64,000 nt of DNA from Eledone cirrhosa (lineage: Eukaryota). Shown piece after piece: positions 57,059 through 64,000 of the stretch. The position numbers and the translations under genes are program-made. Where the stretch lies: the NCBI GenBank assembly GCA_964016885.1, contig OZ024757.1, positions 29,450,001 to 29,514,000 on the forward strand. Direction: 5' to 3'. The notes beneath the pieces were generated by a model. It saw only the letters and a list, made by a program, of their open reading frames with translations. It was not told the origin of the DNA and did not search any database. How positions within the stretch are numbered: the stretch's first letter is position 1; the number at the start of each line of letters is the position of its first letter.

Positions 57059-58411
57059 AATGTGATTAAAAACCTTTTTTGTATAGCAAACCGTGTCACT
57101 CTTCTTTCCTTATTTATCATTACTCCAAGTGTGAACAACATATAAATCACCGCGTACTCGCAGCATCACTATGAAAATGCCTTGTTGAGTCAAACCTAGC
57201 CAAGCGTTGATATCATCCACTACTCGGAGTACCCTAACTGGACTACACCAAAGTGGACTACCTCTAACAATAATATGTTATCCCGTATATATATATAGAT
57301 ATATATATATATATATATAATATTAAAGATACTATTTATAGTTATGTATGTATATACTATACTATAAACAACTATAAACAGGGAAGGTCAGTAATTTATT
57401 ACTACCTTATTACCAGTAAGAGAAATAGCTCAATGTAAGAACATCAGTTGTTTTACAGAGCAGTAATATAGAATACACAAGTATCTAAGTTATGTTTAAA
57501 ACATTTAATCGCTGACAATTGTTTCTTCAAAACTTAGGCCTGGAGTCCTCGGAGCATGATTAATGTTTGTACATATAATTAACCTCCTATTCATCTGAAG
57601 AATCATACAAATACATATATATTGATGTTGTGGAAACAGTTTCATGTTTACAGTATGGAATGGATGCGACAAATATTATATTATACGAGAATTGTACAAT
57701 AATTCAAATTAAGATTAAAATTAAAATTAAAAGCATAGGGTGGAATACATGCGTCAGATAATACAGATAATACAAGAGAATAGTCTAATAATTAAATTAG
57801 AGAGATAGTACATGCGTTAGTCATATACAAAGGAATGGAACAAGCAAATGCATCATGCATATATGAGTACTGTATGGCAGGGTATTACATAAAATACAAG
57901 CACTTTAAGCGAATTAATTTTAATTTAAATTTTAGTTAAAATCCCACTTAAGTCAACTTTTCCTTTCATCTCCCAGTACTAGGTGGGTTCTTTCCCTATA
58001 TCACATTCTCATTTCATTTCTACAACATCCTCTCCTTCTCTAGAAAGAAATTACCAGTTCAAGCATACATAAAACTTAGTCAAACACCCTTATAATCTCG
58101 TTCATCCCAACTTAGATACAGGGTTGTCGTTCTATTGTTTGTCTCAAATTACATAGTGTAATATCAAAGCGGTAAATAATTTCAAACAATACAGAACCCA
58201 ATACAAATAATGTAGAGTCCAGTAACTTTATAGAAATAATAGATTAATAATCAATTTCTATTATAAATGTCAGCTCCAAAGTCTCTTCGGATCATCACTT
58301 AATTTCAACATTCATACAACGAAGCTGGATTTATATAATTATCTGATGAACCGAACAGACTGTGAAATTGACAGTTGTAATTGAAATCGATTGTTAATCC
58401 AGCGATTGAAT

Positions 58412-58589
58412 AATTGTTTCTACTTTTTGGCACAAGGCCTGCACTTATCCCAATGTATTACTGGTACTTTATTTTATCGACCCCGTAAGGATGAAAGCAA
58501 AGTTAACCTCGGCGGGATTTGAACTCAGTCCGTAATGGGACGTAACTGTGTTACAAAGCATGGCGTCCGACCCTCTACCGATACTGCCA
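58412..58589 (-). mobile_element. Meta-domain tRNA SINE
   Basis: Reverse complement of the 43293-43484 type. Confidence 0.9.
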
Positions 58590-60183
58590 TGCGATAATAG
58601 TTGTATTATCTATTTGTTGTTGTTGTTGTTTTTCAGATTGGGACGTGTAACACCTATCATTTGCCATGCATTATTCATAATACAGTATAAATTATCTCCC
58701 TTTTTTTTACACTAGAAAGCTTTAACTATAGCCGAATGTGTGGATTAGCAGGCGCTATTGACAGATACATATCACAAGCGTATCTGATAAGCATGTGTTC
58801 GGTGACGTAACTTACAGCGAAAATAATGAAGCATTAAGCTTCTGTAGTCAAAGAAAAACAAATCTGTGTTTACATTGGCAAATACATTTACTGTCACAAA
58901 TATAACGAACTGATTCACACTATAAACTGAAACAGTCTGCTGAAATCGATCCGTTGCGGTTTTTGATGCTTTGGTTTCAAATCCTATCGAGCTTCACTTT
59001 GTCTTTCATCCTTTCGAGATCAATTGTGCCTATGTTAAAATCTATTATGTAAGATATATTATATATTACATAAACTAGAAATGGTGTGTACAACTATTGG
59101 AGTCAATATAAGCGACTTTCCATTCCCACAAATATTCTGGCCTCGTGCCTGTGTTACAATCTATTAGGTAAGATGGTATATTACATAAACTAGAAATGGA
59201 TTGTACAAGTATTGGAGTCGATATAAGTGACTTTACTCTCCACCTAAATTGCTGGCTTTGTGCCTACGTTAGAAAGAATTATATAACATGATGTTTGTCA
59301 TAAATGTATAAATGTAAGCTCCATCATGTAAAGAGAATGCGTGAGCTGTATATTAATTCAATAGAGTTGAGTCGATAAACCGTATTAATAAAAACTCCCA
59401 TGATTTAGAGTTATGTTTTTGGTACATTTGCGGCTGGTGTGTCTACGTCAAAATATAACAATTATTTTATATGATGGCATAGGGCGGAATAATTTGCAGA
59501 GTATTAGGAACACCGGGTTCCAAACTAAGCAGTATGTCTACTGGCTTTTTACATTCTAAATTCCAATCACGCTCTGGTCAACTTTGATATTCTTGAGGTC
59601 AACTAATATACTCTTTCGGAATCGATATCGATAAATTTAAGTGCCAGTCAGTACTGTGCTCGATATAATCGACTTTTCTCCTCCCTCAACTTGCCAGTTT
59701 TCTGCCAATGCTTCAAATAATTTAGAGCAGTGTGGCACTTGTAGAATCGTAAATACATCGACCCCAGGACTTACTTGACTGGAACTTAATTTTATCCACC
59801 CCGGAAGGAAGAAATGTGAAGCTTACCTCTGCGTGATTTGAACTCAGTATGTAAAGATACAAAATCAAACCACAACTCAATGGCCTTGGTCCAATACTCT
59901 AATAATTCGCCCATTCACCGCCCGTTGAATCATATTACATAATAAAATACAGAGTTATGTAACACTAATTAAACTGTTTCCGTTTATACGTGTACCAATC
60001 TCTTAATCCAAATTCTCTTTCATTTGAAATTCAAATCTATATTAACCACACGCTATTTCTGAAATTTATTTGAAACGATATTTAAATGTCAATAATACTA
60101 TAAACTCGGTTTATAGCCTCTCTCTCTCTCTCTCTCTCTGTCAGCTTCGCACAACTAAATTCTCTTCTTCTGATTATTATTAT

Positions 60184-60274
60184 TAACTTTGCCTTTCATC
60201 CTTACGGGGTCGATAAAATAAAGTACCAGTAATACACTGGGTAATTGCTAGCCTTGTGTCTAACGTAGAAACAA

Positions 60275-60276
<2 letters not shown>
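60184..60276 (+). mobile_element. 3' half of a Meta-domain SINE
   Basis: TAACTTTGCCTTTCATCCTTACGGGGTCGATAAAATAAAGTACC...GTAGAAACAATT. Confidence 0.85.
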
Positions 60277-60305
<29 letters not shown>

Positions 60306-60859
60306 TATTCCCTCTCTCTGTCTTTCTCAGTTTCTCACATCTAAATTCTCTTCTCTTTCTCTCTCTATTGCTTTATCACTCTCTGTTCATATCTCTCTGT
60401 TCCTCTCTCAGTCTTCCTCTCTCACTCACCTTCTCACATCTAAATTCTCTTCTTCTCTCTCTCTAGCTTGAGCCATGTCTGTCTCAGTCCTTGAATCTTT
60501 CCATTTGATATAGAATGTTAAATATCTACTGATATTCTATCTTATAAATAAGATATCAGCATTAAGATGCAATGTCGTGCCCATGAGATATCTTTCAAAA
60601 GTTAATTTACACGTATTAGATGGCTTTACTATTTGTACATACCTACATAAATATACACATATATACATACATACATAAACATACTTATATATATACATGC
60701 ACATATATAGATACAAATATACAAATATGCAAACATACATACAAACACAACCATACATACATACATATACACAGAGAGAAATTCATGCATGCATACAAAT
60801 ATGCATATATATTATATATACATACACATACATAGATACATACATACAGATATATAAAC

Positions 60860-60992
60860 ATATATACATAAATATACACATACAGAGATATATATACAAG
60901 CATACAAACATATATATATATACATACACATACATACATAGATACATACATACAAATATGGATGGCTGAAACAGGTAAAAGAAAGTAAAAGA

Positions 60993-61023
<31 letters not shown>

Positions 61024-61143
61024 AATATACACATACAGAGATATATATACAAGCATACAAACATATATATATATACATACACATACATACATAGATACAT
61101 ACATACAAATATGGATGGCTGAAACAGGTAAAAGAAAGTAAAA

Positions 61144-61150
<7 letters not shown>
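60860..61150. repeat. Tandem duplication with ~153-bp period
   Basis: GATGGCTGAAACAGGTAAAAGAAAGTAAAAGAAT at 60961 and 61114 with identical upstream sequence. Confidence 0.85.
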
Positions 61151-61196
<46 letters not shown>

Positions 61197-61431
61197 CTGT
61201 GTATATATATTTATATAAATGAAAGGATTACAAACGAGAAAATATACTGTTTCTCCTTTGTAAACCTTTCATTTGTAACCGCTCTGCTTATATTCACGCC
61301 CACTAAATATCAACGCTTCCGATATTTAACCCTGTGGGTATTAGTTTTGAGCACAAATGCACCAGCTTTTGGCAACTAAGTATATTTGTATCGCTTATCC
61401 CTGTAAACAGCTACTCTCTCATAATACTAAA

Positions 61432-61491
<60 letters not shown>

Positions 61492-61703
61492 CATTTAATT
61501 TATTAATTTATTATTTGAGTGACCCGAATTTTCCTGGTCGTTTTTTTCGGCTGTGCGAATGATTCTAGGAATCGTCTCTGTGTGTTAGTATTTTAACGAT
61601 AGTTATAGCTCTGGTTCATCCAAACTATTGAGCCCTCTGCCACACATGTCGAAGATTGTTTATCGTTATTTCGTGGGCCGAGATTCTGATTCTCGATTAT
61701 TTA

Positions 61704-61762
<59 letters not shown>

Positions 61763-62047
61763 GTTGGGTGGTGGGGCGACGTCTGTGCATGCATTCGTGC
61801 GGACGTGTGTGCGTCTATGTGTATCACTGTGTACGTGTGTATGCGTATATCCAGACATTAAATATTCTATACAGACACTTATGAAATGTGACGTAATGCT
61901 ATAACGAAAATATTGCAGCAAATACGACATTAATATAATGAAACAATATGATATATCGATAATAGAAATCTAAATATCCAATAATTCTGTTGAATGACCA
62001 GGAAATAAAAGAGTTTAGTCGAAAGTTTACGCCGTTCGAAATGTGTG

Positions 62048-62160
<113 letters not shown>

Positions 62161-62233
62161 ACGCATATATATGTATATATATATATATGCATATATATCT
62201 ATATATATTTATGTGTATATATATATATATGTA

Positions 62234-62264
<31 letters not shown>

Positions 62265-62265
62265 G

Positions 62266-62297
<32 letters not shown>

Positions 62298-62416
62298 TGT
62301 GTGTGTCTGTGTGTACATACATAAGAATTCAGGTGGTAGAGGAGAAATGAGAGTGATAAATGTTTATTTGTATATACATACTTACACACTATATATATAT
62401 ACATACTTATATACAT

Positions 62417-62459
<43 letters not shown>

Positions 62460-62864
62460 CAAGAATCAGTATATCATGATATCAGGATGTACAGAAAATG
62501 ATAGCATATATCGTTTAATGAGAGAATAAAGTGCTAACTCGAGGAAATTTTCATGATAAAAGTTAATGTATGTGCTTATATTTATTTTACTCACATATAC
62601 TCACAATCAAAAGCACGCACATTAACACACATTCATACTCATTCATTAAGCACACGTATCATACAATCGTTTTTGTATGAGCCTCAGAGAAAATATTTCG
62701 TGAGACGCTTGTGGCATTTTTCACACGCTGTCTGCCTACAAGGTGAATTGAAATAATGTCTGGTTTTCTGAACTCTGCATGATCCTGCAAATTCAGATAC
62801 TACAGTGCCCTATCTCCTGCCATATTCAGAAAGCTATAACCTATATATATATATAAATATATAT

Positions 62865-62917
62865 AATTGTTTCTACTTTAGGCACAAGGCCAGCAATTAC
62901 CCATAATAATAATAATA

Positions 62918-62948
<31 letters not shown>

Positions 62949-63140
62949 TTGTTTCTACATTTGGCACAAGGCCAGCAATTATCCAGTACATTACTGGTAC
63001 TTCATTTTATCCATCCTGTAATTGGACCCTCTACCTATACTGCCAATCCACCGCCCTACCCAGCAATTACCCAGTACATTACTGGTACTTTATGTTATCG
63101 ACCCCGTAAGGATGAAAGGCAAAGTTAACCTCGGCGGAAT
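62865..63140 (-). mobile_element. Rearranged Meta-domain SINE fragments
   Basis: Repeated AATTGTTTCTAC...GGCACAAGGCCAGCAATT and ATCGACCCCGTAAGGATGAAAGGC. Confidence 0.8.
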
Positions 63141-63248
63141 TAAGATCTCGTTAAGTGTGAAAGCAGCGATTCTTTGCTTAAACTTTAATCTGTTATTTTA
63201 ATATATATATATACTCAAATACACACAAACACATACAGAGATATATAT

Positions 63249-63330
63249 AAAAGGTGTCCCCAAAATTGTAAACATACTTCAACAGCATTCTAATCAAAGC
63301 GTTTATACATTTTGGGGAACATCCTGTATA
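63249..63330. mobile_element. Degraded Tc1/mariner-type MITE
   Basis: AGGTGTCCCCAAAA...TTTTGGGGAACATCCTG-TA imperfect TIRs; matches 30632-30732. Confidence 0.6.
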
Positions 63331-63716
63331 AATAAGGCTAAGGTCAACGCTAAGAGAGAAAGAAAGAACACTACGGACAAAAATGTGAACTTTTTTCCCT
63401 ATATATGTATGTAAAAACTAATTCTTCTCTCCATATTCTTATTATTCTTATATGCAATTTAATTGCATTATACACTTCTGTCGTTGAAAAAGCATTTAAG
63501 CTGAAACCGGTAAAATTAAATGTGGAAATCCTTATTTTCTAAATAAATGGTTTGATGCTATTCTCGGAGAAAATGCCATTTTCTACTGTTTTTTTCCTTC
63601 CTTACTATATATATAGTTATAGTTCTGATTTATCTAAATTATGGAGCACTCTGCCGCTCATATCGAATTTTGTTTATCGTGAACTCGTGCGCCGATTTTT
63701 CGATACTCGATTATTC

Positions 63717-63761
<45 letters not shown>

Positions 63762-63958
63762 TAAATAATATTAATAAATGGAAAATATCTTTATAATACC
63801 ATATTTATTTTATAAAATAAATATGGCATTTTAAAGATATTTTCAATTTAATAATATTGTTAATATTAGTAATACTCCATATAAATTCTATAGAGTGCTT
63901 CAAATATGTTATAAAATTAATTCTGTTGAATAATAATCAACAAACCATATAATTCATT

Positions 63959-63960
<2 letters not shown>
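63762..63960. mobile_element. Fold-back PLE pseudo-LTR fragment of the 32266-HHR family, between (TA)n tracts
   Basis: Perfect 28-bp palindrome at 63799-63826 with imperfect extension; the right arm is homologous to the sequence 3' of the HHR at 32266-32330. Confidence 0.7.
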
Positions 63961-63997
<37 letters not shown>

Positions 63998-64000
63998 AAC

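Larger units (their letters stand above)
56690..57111. repeat. ~190-bp-arm palindrome centred on CTATATATAG, with a HHR in each arm
   Basis: AGGAAAGAAGAGTGACACGGTTTGC ... GCAAACCGTGTCACTCTTCTTTCCT; arms nearly identical. Confidence 0.92.

Noticed and set aside
58336-58400. CTGATGA...GAAATCGATT as a hammerhead
   Set aside because: Palindromic stem III is suggestive but stems I and II are too weak to support a call

Overview
This is an AT-rich eukaryotic non-coding window full of microsatellites. The SINE types and (TA)n density suggest an octopod cephalopod genome (inference). No intact host protein-coding gene is supported, and nearly all ORF-track entries are translations of microsatellites. 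The main signal is a system of Penelope-like retroelement (PLE) relics and type I hammerhead ribozyme (HHR) motifs, mostly inside or beside (TA)n tracts. (i) There are two degraded PLE ORF pieces: an RT domain with a YRDD motif at ~55.7-56.2 kb and an N-terminus at ~50.35-50.53 kb. (ii) About ten dispersed HHR motifs of several sequence families occur, often inside fold-back (inverted) repeats. (iii) A 7.1-kb array of 24 x ~297-bp monomers carries a HHR core on the minus strand of every monomer. The array ends in an inverted partial monomer and is bounded by (TA)n on both sides, making it a candidate retrozyme-like satellite. It is related in sequence to a dispersed HHR family in the same window. 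Also present are many tRNA-derived Meta-domain SINEs, a non-autonomous Helitron, Tc1/mariner-type MITEs, a 20-bp minisatellite and large low-complexity blocks. All structures were paired by eye; no folding software or database search was run.
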